Positions 1-13,990 of a DNA stretch of 64,000 nt are shown here, piece after piece; within the stretch, counting starts at the first letter, position 1, and each line of letters begins with the position of its first letter. The notes beneath the pieces were generated by a model. It worked only from the letters and a program-made list of their open reading frames with translations. It had not been told where the DNA came from and did no database searches. This stretch comes from Octopus sinensis (Eukaryota), in the NCBI RefSeq assembly GCF_006345805.1, contig NC_043013.1:30194001-30258000 (forward strand). Reading direction: 5' to 3'. The translations under genes and the position numbers were made by a program.

Positions 1-1030
1 ACAAATCTCGTTTAAAGTATATTTGTTCCACTTATTCAAATGATTCTTCATTTCGTGACTTATTTTGTAGAAATTGCATTCAAATATAAAATCTATGGTC
101 GTTAACATTTTTAATACAAGTTAGGAATATACCATCTCCTTTTGAGATAATTTACGACAGCTGAATGTCAAGAAAAGTAAATTAGTTCCATCGTAGTGAG
201 GATTTCCAAATAGATATTTATGTACGTGTGCAATGAATATGAGATGTAGTTTATTAACTCCATGACCATGATGAGAAAAATACTGCAGTATACGTGCAGA
301 TTTTCTATAAATAGTGTTTCTTGGCAGGAGTATGTTTTCGATAAAAATATCGTTTTAGTTTCGAGAGCAACTATCAACTATTTCCCTCCTAAATGTCAAT
401 CACTGAAAGCAATTATATATATAGTTTCCTATGAACGTCATAATACGAGAAAAGTTTGACTACAAAACAAGTGGAAATTTGGTATGTTACCAGACAAATC
501 TTAATGTAGCATTCCTTCTCTGATTTATTAAAAGAATCGGCGATCCATATTCATTGAGCAACATTTCTGTTTTAAATGTGCACTCCAACCGAGATTCTCT
601 TTCAAACTCTCTCTCAAACTCCATAGAAGCAGATGTGTCCTTATTGACAGCATTCCAAATTTTCGTTAAGTCAAAGGTACAACTTCAACACTCTCACATG
701 TCTACTTCCATGACTAATCTGTATGCAGTAGTTTGCATCCAGCATGACGTTGCTATAAAGAGGCAGTTAACGCTACAATTAAAATTGTATTCATAATTTG
801 CAACGTTTGAAGAAACAGTTCCAACTATTAAATCCCGAGAAAATTTAATGTTTTATGAAAGGGAGTATCTTACTTGAAACAGGCACACATTTCATAAATC
901 AATGATAAACATTAAAGCATTAATGATTAAAACAAGACTCAAAAAGGTTTTAAAAATGGCATTCTGAAAAATCGAGTCACTTTTGAGATAATTGCTGGAT
1001 ATGAGAACTTAATGCAGTCTCTATATGATA

Positions 1031-1108
1031 AGCGTGTTGCACCATAATATAAACATCTTGAAAATTCTTAGCGTGTTGCACCATAATATAAAAATCTTGA
1101 AAATTCTT
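1031..1108. repeat. 39-bp tandem duplication
   Basis: agcgtgttgcaccataatataaa(c/a)atcttgaaaattctt occurs twice head-to-tail (1031-1069, 1070-1108) with 1 mismatch. Confidence 0.9.
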
Positions 1109-1180
1109 AGAAATTTTGGTTTGTAGACATTTTCATATTTCGATACAAATTTAGTATTTGTTTTACATTTGTATTATATT

Positions 1181-1579
1181 CTTTTATTCTGTTATTCTTT
1201 TATTTGTTTCAGTCATCTGACTGTGGCCTTGTTAGAGCAAGCTTTTAGTCGAAAAAATCGACCCTTGGAATCATTCTTCGTAAGACTAGTACTTATTCTA
1301 TTGAACACCTTTGCCGAAGCGCTAAGTTAGGGGACATAAACACACCAACATTGGTTGTCAAGCGATGGTGGGATGCACACACATACACACACACACACAC
1401 ATAAATATTTATATACGACGGGCTTCTATCAGTTTCAATGTACCAAATCCACTAACAATGCTTCGGTCGGCCCGAGACTATAGTAGAAAACACTTGCCCA
1501 AGGCGTGACGCAATGGGACTGAACCCATGACCATGTGGTTGGGAACCAAGCTACTAACCGCACAGCCACTCCTCCGCCT
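1181..1579 (-). mobile_element. tRNA-derived SINE, family A, near full length
   Basis: Reverse complement of the head ggcggaggagtggctgtgcggttagtagcttgg, the ccttgggcaagtg core, an internal (TG)n tract and the 3' end cagtcagatgactgaaacaaataaaag; homologous to copies at 4318, 32111 and 58127. Confidence 0.85.
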
Positions 1580-1855
1580 GTTAAAATGTTTCAGCTAGAT
1601 CAAATACAATTTACTCAGTAAATTAAGGTTAGTATTTTCTTAAAAATACTAATGGATTTCATGTGACATGGCGAAGGAAAAACAAAATGTCTGCCCTTGT
1701 TCGCTATATTTACTTAAACTTTTATTCATCATTCAGTTATTTTCTTGAAAATATTTCTCAAGTTTAGAAAGGCTTTTAGTGAATCAATATATTGCACATT
1801 CTTTTCTATTGTGTTCATATTTTTTATCAATGCATCGACAGTAAGAACTTTTATG

Positions 1856-1857
1856 CA

Positions 1858-1890
<33 letters not shown>

Positions 1891-1909
1891 ACACACACAC
1901 ACACACACA

Positions 1910-1972
<63 letters not shown>

Positions 1973-2075
1973 TACATACATACATATATATATACATATA
2001 TACATTTAATATATGTATGTATGTATATATATATATAGATAGATAAATACATACATACATACATACATACATACA

Positions 2076-2109
<34 letters not shown>

Positions 2110-2110
2110 C
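1856..2110. repeat. compound microsatellite (CA)n(TA)n(TACA)n
   Basis: Seen directly; source of the overlapping THTH/YIYI/MYVC pseudo-ORFs. Confidence 0.95.
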
Positions 2111-2590
2111 ATGAGTATGTGCGCGTGTATGCTTCTGTATATTATTTGTTCGACTATGTATCTGTGTGTGTGCGCGTTACATAGATATCGTATATGAGGG
2201 TTTGTAATTCTTAGCCTTCCTCCTATTAGATGAGATTAAATGTCGATGTGTTCAAATACTTATGAAAACGCGACTATTTCTAATTAAAGTCAGAGAGTAT
2301 TTGATAATTTAGTTCCTATTAAATCTCCCTTTTAGTTCTTTGAATTCAATTCTAAAACGTTTCTGAATTTGAAGCGGTACAAATAAGAAAAAGAAGCTAT
2401 AATAATATTATTTATAGATACATTTCAATGTAGCTTCGCACTCACTTTAACAAATCATTGTTACATAAATGTGGAAAACAAAACAGAAAAATACAATACA
2501 CATCATACGCACATTCATACATACATGAATAAATGCGTACTTACATACACACATACAAACATAACCGCATGCACGCACATATACACACAC

Positions 2591-2735
2591 AGAGGCTGTG
2601 TGGCAAGAACCTTCCTTCCAACCAAATGGTTCCAGGTTCCAGGTTCAGTGTGACCGCGTAGCACGTTGGGTAAGTGTCGCGCAGACCAAACCATTTTGAG
2701 AGGGCTTGACAGACAGAAACTGAAAGAAGCCCGAC

Positions 2736-2740
<5 letters not shown>
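2591..2740 (+). mobile_element. SINE family A, degenerate 5' half
   Basis: ggctgtgtggcaagaacc...gaaactgaaagaagcccgacgtata, followed by (TA)n(TG)n. Confidence 0.75.
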
Positions 2741-2815
<75 letters not shown>

Positions 2816-3310
2816 ATAAATGAGTAAGAAATATCTATAAGTGTCGATTCATTAAAGCCGTTTTCAGCAACTCATATAATTGAACAATGAAAGCATTATA
2901 TCATTACAAAGAAAACCGTTCTCATCAGATGACCGTATACCCTTCAAGCTTAAAGGACAAGTTTGATATCTAAGCGTATTCCTCTCATCAACAGAGAGCT
3001 AATATTTCCAATAATTCCGTTGCCCATCTTTGTTACTCATTTATATTTTGCTCACTTACTCTGGAGTCTGCCCTTCGGAAGTATGTAGAAAGTATCTTTT
3101 ATATAAAGTACATGTCTGAATAACCAGGAGTGGCTTCATTCACTAAGTTGGATCGTGCCATCTGCATTCACTGCCATAATGTCGCGTGGAAAAAATTCTA
3201 CTTTGAGTTTGATACGCGCCTAATATTTTCTGAGTGTGCAAATAAGTTCTTCCTACCAAGGGGCCTCAATTTAAGTACCTAATTCAACTGAATCTAAATT
3301 ACATTATATA

Positions 3311-3710
3311 ATGTCTGTGTGGTAAGAAGCTTGCTTTCCAACCACATGGTTTCGGGTTCAGATCCACTACATGGTACCTTGGGCAAGTGCCTTCGACAGT
3401 TTAATAAATGAGGAATTATGTACATTATTTGCATTTGACGTCAAATATAAATAATATAGAAGTGCCTTCTACTACAGCTGCCGACCAAAGCCATGCGAAT
3501 GGATTTGGTAGACAGGTCTCCCCTATCATCTTGTGATAACTGATGTTGCTGTGACTATGTCTTCGTAACTTAGCGGCTCCGAAAAACAGACCAGTAGAAT
3601 AAGTACTAGGCTCACAAAGAATAAGTCCTGGGGTCGATATATTCGACTAAAGGTAGAGCTCCAGAATGGCCGCAGTCAAATGATTGAAACAACTAAGATA
3701 ATAAAAGAAA
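3311..3710 (+). mobile_element. SINE family A interrupted by a 65-bp insertion
   Basis: Head tgtgtggtaagaagcttgctttccaaccac and tail ccagaatggccgcagtcaaatgattgaaac; insertion 3395-3459 is flanked by duplicated aagtgccttc. Confidence 0.8.
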
Positions 3711-3869
3711 TATTGGGTTGGTGCGCAATTATTGCGGCTTTTTTCGGCAAATTTTAATCAACAAAAACAATAACAACATATAGCAAAGCTATCTTTAAAC
3801 GATTATTCCGGAGCATATTCACCATCTACTTCAATTACTTCTTCCCATTTGCTTGTCAGACGGTCAGAT
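3711..3869 (-). mobile_element. mariner 3' end (TIR plus transposase C-terminus)
   Basis: TA followed by ttgggttggtgcgcaattattgcggc resembles mariner TIRs (Hsmar1-like); minus strand reads DRLTSKWEEVIEVDGEYAPE*, matching the mariner C-terminal W..VI..DGEY motif. Confidence 0.8.
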
Positions 3870-3969
3870 TGTCATTTAAAAATGTTTTTGTTAAATATTG
3901 TGATTGTTTTTTTGAATACAATTTGTTGAAAAAAGCTGCTATAATGACGCATCCACCTCATATATGTCA

Positions 3970-4012
<43 letters not shown>

Positions 4013-4137
4013 CGCGTGTGTTTCCTTCTAAGTGTCTACTTTCCTCCCCTATCACCGCTTAACAACCACCAAAAACGAAAAAGGTTTATAAAATAAGTTA
4101 TTTAGTAGATCGATTCCACTAAATGTATAAATTTTGT

Positions 4138-4140
4138 TAT

Positions 4141-4210
<70 letters not shown>

Positions 4211-4225
4211 GTCTGTCTGTCTCTC

Positions 4226-4317
<92 letters not shown>
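4138..4317. repeat. (TATC)n plus (TA)n microsatellite
   Basis: Seen directly. Confidence 0.95.
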
Positions 4318-4480
4318 GGCGCAGGAGTGGCTGTGGGGTAAGTATTAACCACATGGTTCAGAGTTCAGGCCCACTGCGTGGCACCTTGGACGAGTGTCTT
4401 CTACAATAGCCTCGGGCCAACCAAAGCTTAGTGAGTAGATTTGGTAGACGGAAACTGAATGAAGCCCGTCGTATATATGT
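4318..4480 (+). mobile_element. SINE family A, 5' half
   Basis: ggcgcaggagtggctgtggggtaag...gcgtggcaccttggacgagtgtcttc...gaaactgaatgaagcccgtcg. Confidence 0.85.
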
Positions 4481-5317
4481 ATGTATATATATGCTTGTGT
4501 GTGTATATGTTTGCAGTGGGGAGCTTATCTCTCGTCAGTCATTACACATACACACATACACACACACATTCATATATACATACGTATTGGAAAATATGAC
4601 AAATATTTAACAGGCAACATCCGAATTATTACGTAATTATAGTAATTTACCGTCTAACAAATTTTCTTACCGATATTACAAGGCGGCTACACAAGGTGTC
4701 ATGCAGCGGGACTGAATTTAAAGCTATGCCGTTGCAGTATGAACTCGACCACTCAGGAATCACAGCCATTCTTGCACCTATACCCACTCAGTAACTCTCT
4801 CTCACACACGCACACGCACCCACGCACACACACTCACACACATTCACACACAAAAAAGAAGACAGCGTATAGTATAGTATAGTAGCGAATATATTTGCAT
4901 GAGCATACGAGAGAAATATATTCAAAGAACGAACTATTTATTCGAAATGTCTGTAACAAATACATTTGCCAGTTCAGACAAATTTTATAAAAGTAAACTG
5001 AAGTATTTCCTTGGAACAGTATATCAAAGTCACTTCAAGGGTAATATGGCCAAATATATCATACATAAATCTTCATACATAAATTTTGTTTGCTTCGAAA
5101 TTTCCGATGTTCTCAACGTACTTCTAAAAATTAAACTAAGCATTGTTGGGTAATCTCTCTCTGACTTCCATTCTTATAACAGAAATAGCCATTTAGAAAA
5201 TGAATGGCCTCCATATTTATCATTAATTCAGCAAATATACTTTAGTCATATTTCTATTCAGTTTCTCTGCAGCAGTATTCTGGATACATTCCTATTCATT
5301 ATTATAATTTATGTTTA

Positions 5318-5525
5318 AGCGGCTAACTGGTGGAATGTTTAGCGGTATTTCGTCTGCCGCTACGTTCTGAGTTAAAATTCCGCCGCGATCGAATTTGCCT
5401 TTCATCCTTTCGGGGTCGATTAAATAAGTATCAGTTACGCACTGGGGTCGATATAATCGACTTAATGCGTTTGACTGTCCTTGTTTGTCCTCTCTGTGTT
5501 TAGCCCCTTGTGGGTAGGTATTTCG
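5318..5525 (+). mobile_element. tRNA-derived SINE, family B (5' part deleted)
   Basis: gcggtatttcgtctgccgctacgttctgagtt...gcctttcatcctttcggggtcgat...tagccccttgtggg; homologous to copies at 15748 and 44368. Confidence 0.85.
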
Positions 5526-5671
5526 TTGTTTTTTTTCTTTTCTGTTTTGAGTTCAAATTTCGTCGTAATCGATATTATCGTTCATACATTCACACCTTGT
5601 GCCTCTTGAAGAAAGATTTTAAAAAATGATTTTTCTCTGCTCATTCCTACGCACAAGAAAGCTTTGCATTC

Positions 5672-5707
<36 letters not shown>

Positions 5708-5729
5708 CAAACACACACACACACACACA

Positions 5730-5771
<42 letters not shown>

Positions 5772-6499
5772 ACACACACATACACATATATATATATATA
5801 TATATATTATATATGTATATGTTCTTTTCTAGTTATTTGAAATACACAGGGAATATTAAGTAAATATAAGATTATACTTCGCTGACAAAGTTGAAACAGA
5901 CGAAAATATGTGCGGTGTTGATGCTATGCTACGTACCGAAACAAACGCATTCATTTTTTGAAATAACACGAAATACACACACACACACACACGCACATGT
6001 ACACTCACACACAGAACATGCGCTCACATTCACAGACACTAATAAATTCACTCTCTCTGTCTCACACAAAGGCACATAAATATGTGTACACATCTGCACC
6101 TGTACACACAGGGGAGCACACGCGCATGCACACATATACATGTTAAACGGTTTCAATCATGGAATGGTGATTGCCGGCGCACGTTTTTCGAGATGTAGTC
6201 GAAGAAATCGAACTCAAAACTTATTCTGTAAATCTTTTAGTATTTCCTGTCGATCATATTGCCGACGTATCCATCATATATCCCGAAACCCAAACACCCA
6301 AATACATTCGTTCCTACCTTGGAAATGTGGATTAGAAAAAATAGGAGACATCTGATGAAGGAGATGTTCTTCAGTTCGCCTGTCTCGTTCCTATATTTCA
6401 TACATTCGTTGTTCGAAAGAAGTTCGTTTACTATGTTTTTGTTTTTTATGCTCCCGTTATTCATTTTGTTCACTTTTTTTTCATGTCCTGTACCCATAT

Positions 6500-6548
6500 A
6501 TGCACATATATATACATATATATGTAGGTATGTACATATATGTATGTA

Positions 6549-6631
<83 letters not shown>

Positions 6632-6706
6632 ACTATGTTATATTACATTATAAATATATATGTATACGTTGTGTATGTGTGTGCGCGTTTGTGTGTATAC
6701 ATATAT

Positions 6707-6751
<45 letters not shown>

Positions 6752-6848
6752 TATATATATATACATATATATGTATATGTATAAATATATATTTGTATAT
6801 TATGTATATATATCTATATATGTGTATATATAAGTATACATATACATG

Positions 6849-6891
<43 letters not shown>

Positions 6892-7010
6892 ATGTATGTA
6901 TACACAGATATGCATATAGATATATACGTTTCTGTGTATGCATGCACACATATGTACACATTCATACAAACATACGCATGAACGCGCCTACACGCATGCA
7001 TGCGCACACA
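6500..7010. repeat. long degenerate (TA)n/(TG)n/(CA)n tract
   Basis: Seen directly. Confidence 0.9.
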
Positions 7011-7372
7011 CCAGCATGGAAACGCTTGTTTGCTGAGAGCAGAATGTTATTTGAAGCATTACTAATGAGTTTTGATTTTCTTATGTAACATTTACGTCAC
7101 ATAATAAACCTGTCATGCGATGTAGACACGAACATTCCCAACCGCACGAGGCAGGCATTTGATGGTAATGTTGAACAACTCATTGCCGTTTACTCACAAA
7201 AATAAAAAAACCATACACTAGAAATATTTTTGAATATACTCATGCACACGCACAAACACACACAGACACACAGACATGCACACACATACACACAGACATA
7301 CATATTCAAACACGCACATATATATACAAAGAGACACACAGACACACACACACATATTTTAAGATATATACA

Positions 7373-7773
7373 ACTAGCAGTATCGCCCGGCGTTGCTCGG
7401 TTTTGTAAGGGAAATAACTATATAAGCATTTTTTAGAGATGTAAAGTATAATAGCCATCTCAATATGGCTAACCACAAAGGGGGGGGGTGTTACTGTAGC
7501 TTTTTACGTTCTGAGATTTAATAATAACTTTTTACAGAGTTACTTCCCTTATATATGCCAAAAATGCATTGAAAAATGGGAAAAATTGTTGGTAATTTTT
7601 TTTTTAATCGTAGACTCGTCGTAGACGCGCGCTGATACCCAGAAGGGCTCGATATGAATCACGACTATAAGATACCCGGTTTTGGTTAAACTGCACCGCA
7701 AAATGTGGGAGTAGTTAGGAATCTAAATCGTAGGAGACAGACAGCACACAACCTCTCTTTTATATATAAAGAT
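7373..7773 (+). mobile_element. non-autonomous Helitron/Helentron-type element (Lep1/DINE-like architecture)
   Basis: Starts ACTAGcagtatcgcccggcgttgctcgg and ends acagacagcacacaacctctcttttatatataaagat; no coding capacity. Family assignment is from recalled architecture. Confidence 0.6.
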
Positions 7774-8309
7774 ATGCCATAAAAGCACATTTATTAAAGT
7801 GTATTTATGCGTACCTGCGCACATACGTTCATATGCATGTCTGTGATGTGTGTGTGTGAACCTGTATATATACATATACGTATATATTATCGTATTTGTG
7901 TGTGTTTGTGCCTATGCGTGCATGTGTGTCTGTTGAGAATGTATGTATGTCTTATTCAATTGTGCAATATCCACTCCTATATCGCTCCTATAGTTCACTA
8001 GTATGTCGCTCTCTCTTTCTCATTCACGTTCAAAATATCTCTCACTCAAGTGAAGCAGATACATTCATATTGCCAACATTTCAAATTTTCGTTAATTTAA
8101 AGGTTAAACTTGCCACATTCTCACATATCCCACACATTCACAGACTAATCTATATGCAATAAATGGCAACCAACAAAATTAGAGAAAGACGTACTGAACG
8201 ATCACTTGAGAATAAGAAATATATAAATTGACAGTTATTTTTAATATTAAGCAAGCTTAGATTTGATTTAATCTTTGTTTCAGTTGACGTATTTTAAAAT
8301 TTACTTCAC

Positions 8310-8930
8310 GCAATATATATATGCACACATATATATACACACATGCACACACACGTATATCACACCCACGCACACAAACCAGAGACTCGCACACACACAA
8401 ACATACACACGCGTGCGCATGCACGCACAGACACTCACACACACGCAAATATATATATATAACTGTTTATCTACGTGCACATAAATATATACAAATACAT
8501 ACATATATATACATATGTATATATATATATACACACACATATATGTACATATACATATATATATATATATAAATATATTTATGTGCATATATATATATAT
8601 ATATGTATATATATACATATAAGCACACACACACACAGACACACACATATATATATATATATGCATATGTACATATATATGTGTATATATATATATACAT
8701 ATATGTATATATATGTATATATGTATATATTTATGTGCACGTAGATAAAGAGTTATATATATATATATATATTTGCGTGTGTGTGAGTGTCTGAGAATGC
8801 GTGCGCACGCGTGTGTATGTGTGTGTGTGTGCTTGCGTGCGTGTGATATACATGTGTGTGCATGTCTGTGTGTTTGTGTTCGTGTATGTGTGTATCTACA
8901 TATACGCACCCACATACACCGGCACGCACG
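8310..8930. repeat. degenerate (CA)n/(TA)n/(TG)n tract
   Basis: Seen directly; source of the 213-aa pseudo-ORF. Confidence 0.9.
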
Positions 8931-9022
8931 TGTCATATTCAAAGTTACGTAAGAATCTCAGAGTGCATAAGTTCTAAAATTCATCTGTTTTTCAATTATA
9001 CTGATTATAACTCATTTTTTTT

Positions 9023-9281
9023 AAATGCCTGAGAAACTTACATGGTGTGGATGTGGGTTTCTTTAAAACTAAACTGGATCTCTTCTTGTTGGGAGTCCCA
9101 GATGAACCTACCTCACGACAGGAGACACGGATGCGGGCAGCAGCATCGAACTCCCTTGTTGATCAAGTGCCACGTATCAGAGGTGGATTCACAAACTAGT
9201 GTAGCTCATTCAGCGGTGGTGCCCCAGCATGGCCGCGGCCTTCGGGCTAAAACATTTTTAAGGATTTAAGGATTTAAGGAT
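9023..9281 (+). mobile_element. 3' end of a CR1-group LINE (ORF2 C-terminus plus tail)
   Basis: Reads KCLRNLHGVDVGFFKTKLDLFLLGVPDEPTSRQETRMRAAASNSLVDQV; then ggtggtgccccagcatggccgc, a cUUCGg hairpin and an (aaggattt)n tail. Confidence 0.75.
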
Positions 9282-9478
9282 ATGGTTTTAATGAAAGAAA
9301 ATCTTGTTTCATATTTCTATAAATTTCCTCTGAAAACTACTAAATTTTATGTTTGTTAATCTAATACTTTTCGGACACTGAGACCTATGACACACATGTT
9401 TTTTGTAAAAGACTCTACCTGAGATGCTAGAAGTACAGTTTTATCAATTTCATCAATCATATTAGCTATTAGAATATA

Positions 9479-9529
<51 letters not shown>

Positions 9530-10381
9530 ATATGTATGTGCATGTATGTACATATGTATGTGTGTATGCATGTGTGTATGTGTGTTTTTGTATGCATATG
9601 TATGTATGCATGTATGTATGTATGTATGTATCTATGTATGGATGTATGTATGTACGGATGTATACATGTATGTATGTATGTATGTATGTAATCTGAATAT
9701 TTGCGATTCCCCAATAGTTTCCGCTTAGTTTAGGAGCTAGTTTATTTCAAAGTGTTTTATATTAAATTGAAAGTCTGTCTCATTTAATTATCTATTGTGG
9801 TTGATACAGTTATTTGAATACCTTTTGTAAGTATATTTAAATATATAACAATTTTCGCATCACATCATATTAATAAATATCACTTTAAACACAGGGACCA
9901 CAGAGGCACATGGTGCCACATTTGTTCTTCCTAAGATTGGTGATAATCAAAACGAACAGACAGAAAAATAGACTTGTTACCAATTCAAATATACTTGAGG
10001 CATAATCAAGAACCCAGAAGAAATTCATTCACTGTATTTTGTCACGTGGAAAGTTTGTCGCTGTGGATAAATAGGTGTAAAAGACCAAGCTCAGTGCACC
10101 CCCCCTACCCAGGCTGATAGAGGAATGCATTTCGGAGTAGTTATCTCCGCAGCATCAGACACTGGAAAGAGAAGAGGGCCACAGATGACAAGGGATATGT
10201 TTGTGTTATTATAAGCCTTTCAGAGTTCTGTGACTGGTCGAGCTAATAGGCAGCTGATTCGTAACAAAATATGGAATGATAACGCTCTACACCGACGAGT
10301 ACAAATATGAACTTTAAATTTGTTAACTACATACTTTAACATTGCATAGTTTGTCGACGTAATCATTATGAAGTAGAAATT

Positions 10382-10442
<61 letters not shown>

Positions 10443-10662
10443 CATACATACATATATATATGTATATATTTATAAAAAAGAAGTTTGAAAACGCCAGTAT
10501 ATAAGATAAATTTTAATTTTCTTAGAAATTTTACATGTTTCGGTTCTTCTTGAAAAAACGAACCTTATCAAAAATATTTTAAAAAGTAAAGTGTAACACA
10601 AAAGTTCATAATTGTTTCTTACTGGTTCAACTTACTAAATTCATAATTGTTTCTTATATATG

Positions 10663-10696
<34 letters not shown>

Positions 10697-10871
10697 GTGT
10701 GTGTGTTTTAGAACATAATTTTTTTATATATACACACGCTGATATATGACCTACGTTGGATTCCTTATTCGCATAATCCCTATGGTCTATCCATAGCAGT
10801 TAGTCAGCATTACCTGACACATTTGGGTCTTACTGATACCATTACCTCTCATAACCTCCCTCCCTCCCTCC

Positions 10872-10904
<33 letters not shown>

Positions 10905-11039
10905 AACAACGACAGAGGAGAATATAAAACCTCAAACCGAAGAGTGGGAATAAATTTTGTCATCTCCGCTCATAGTTTTTCGTTTACTTCATTGCATGCT
11001 TTCTCATAACAATCAATTTCTACTATAGGCAAGCGCTAA

Positions 11040-12170
11040 AAATTTGTGGGAGGGTCAAAATTGATTACATCTTCCCCAATACTTGACAAATACCGATTTT
11101 ATCGAATTCCAAAGGATGAAAGGCAAAATAGGTCTTGGTGGGATTTGAACACTGAATGTAAAAACAGACAAAATACCTTATAGCATTTTTTATTTCCTTC
11201 TAGCGTGGTACCTAATTTCAGTGATACAAAATACCTCCGCGGTGTTTGAAGTAGGAATGTAAAAACCTGGCATAAGAGATGCAAGGCGTTTTGACGGGTG
11301 CACGAACAATTCTTTCAGCCTGTCGCACCCGGGGTGTCAGTAACAACGTTTTCTTATTTACGTACAAGCTCAGCAGTTTTCATAGACGTGGAATTTGTCA
11401 ATACCATCGACTCAATACTTGTCTGGCACATTATTTTTATCGACGCACATAGAATGAAAGTGAAAGTTGACCTCGGTATGTAATGAAGTTAGTTCGAAAT
11501 GGTCGAAACAAATGCCACAAAGAATATTTTTAATGCTTTAACGATTCTGCCAGTTCTGTGCCCTCACATTGTTTTTTAAAAATAAAACCTAACAAATAGC
11601 TAGTCATTAATATAATATAATATTTACATGGAGAGAAGGCGCTGACAATAACATCGGATGATCACACTCATACCGTTTGTTATCATATAGATAAGTCCCT
11701 TACATCCTTTCTCAATTTCCATTGCGGACGATTTTCTCTATTATCAAGCATGACCCGATAAAATAAGTGACATAAGTAATAATTCAATACTAGCGTTGAT
11801 TAAATATTTACAAATATTTATACCTATTTCAAAAAATTACGCTTGTTTCCGAAACCTTCAGCTTTGAGACAAATGAGTGAAGGAATACTATAGATCATAG
11901 CGAGTGAAATATCGGACACAGTTCTGGTAATTGCTTGTAGTTGGTTGCATCCGTCTTCGGTAATATCCCGAAAATTCTATCATACGCTCAGGGTATGCAA
12001 TTTTAGGTACGGGGATTGTCTATTACATCGACCCCAGTTCTCCAATGGTTTTCATGTCATTGAAAGGCAATATTGACCTCGGCGAAATTTGCACACAGAA
12101 CATAAAACCGGAAAAAATGTCACTCAGTATTTTGTCCGGCGTGTTAACGATTCTGCCAGCTTGCAGCATT
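11040..12170 (-). mobile_element. three old SINE family B remnants (about 11040-11190, 11390-11570, 11990-12170)
   Basis: Each retains a degenerate aggatgaaagg...gacctcgg...tttgaac core; two retain taacgattctgccag. Confidence 0.6.
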
Positions 12171-13956
12171 TTTAACTACTGAACCTACAATCCTACTATA
12201 TTTGCAAAATTTATGACAAATGTCGGTGAATCACTCTTTATGCTTTCGTCCTAAGGGCATCAACCAAATATATACGTTATATAGGGTTATGATTGAATTT
12301 AACCATAATCACCTCTGATGTCTTGAGTTAGATTAGATATCACCTGTGCAAAATATTATCTATTCTCTTATGAAATACGATCCATCAACCATTTAAAAAT
12401 GAAAACTGTCTTATTAATAAATCACAGGATGAAAGAATGCAAACAATAATGAGCTAGAACATACATCATTATTAAGAATTGTCATAATCTGAATAAATAA
12501 CGTTGAATTTATTTAAAATTGCAGGATAAGTCACATGCCGTTGCTTTACATGTTTCTATTAGTTAACATGAAATAGTAGTTTTAGCGTTGTTATAATAGT
12601 TGTTTTTTAAAGTGGAATTTTAACTTCATAATGCCATAGTTCAACTCCATCTCAGAAAATATCACCAAGCTTGGAATTGCTTGAAATACACAATAATTTT
12701 CTAATGCTCCCATATCAAGCAAGGATGTTTCCCTACATTTAAATAAATGATAAACAATTTCAGCCGTTTTCCGAATGATGAGAATGCTAATCGGATCCGA
12801 GAAAATACGAAACGTTAACGCTTCAAGCACACTAATGGAACACCCAGCCAAGAAGACATTACATTAAGTTGAAATAAAATAATGTGATGCTAGGTACTTT
12901 AGATTACCGTTAAAACAAACGTCACTACTATCATACCATCAACTTGTGATTCTATGAAAAAAATTATAGAAAGTACTTAAGAAAATTGTCCACATGACCA
13001 AACGACCGTCATGAGATATTTCTATTAATCTGTGGTGTCATATTTGAAGCGTAAAATATATATTCGCTGACAAATTTGTTACAGAAACATTTCACATGTT
13101 ACATTACTCATGTCTGATTTTTATAACATTTTGTATAATGTCGTACCTAATTATCAGTTGCAAATCTCGGCTGTTAACCGAAAGTCTGTATCGGTATAGT
13201 GTGCAGAAATACTAAAGATGATTACATTCTGCTAAATCAATATAAAATTATTTCCAAACAGATTCCTTCACATAATTATAATTCAGAATGAAACTTGCAG
13301 AACAAAAGCGATGTTTTAGTCTTTAATATCAGTTCTATTACTGGTATGTAATAAATATATATTACAACTTTCACACTAGCAATATTACAAAGTTTAACAG
13401 GTTAAAATTTTATGTGCGAACACGATAACTTATTGTGGTCTGGCTTCCTTCCAGTTATCTGCTCAACAAGTTAGACATTCCCTAGACGTCAATAACATTC
13501 TGTGTTTATTTAATAGCCATCTGTCTGAGTCTTGGTATAGATGCATCTATAAATCATACCATTCTCTATTATGATTGCGAGCTGTAAATTTACATTTCGA
13601 CTCATTCAAATTTTTATTAAATTTTTATTATAGAAGACTCGTGTTTAATACAAAAATAAACAGTGCCATGGATTGCCGTATTCCTTGGAGAGCACGAAAA
13701 CTAAATTGCAGTACGCGGATGCAGTCATTTACAATGTGAGTCCATATGCTCTGTTAGTTAGCACTGCTTTCGTATCTCGGAACCGTCAATAGAATATACG
13801 TTTTGACTTCTGCGATCGATGCAATAATATATACTCTTCTTCCAGGAATTCTATCAGGAATTCTGACCGTATTACAAGTTAGTTGACATTTGAGTGTAAA
13901 TCAACATTATACGTACAACGTACACATGTACACGCACACATACACACACTCAGACA

Positions 13957-13990
<34 letters not shown>

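Noticed and set aside
10605-10656. 17-bp direct repeat around an 18-bp spacer (TSD-like); similar short duplications at 50410-50440 and 50986-51025
   Set aside because: Ordinary slippage duplications in AT-rich DNA with no element inside
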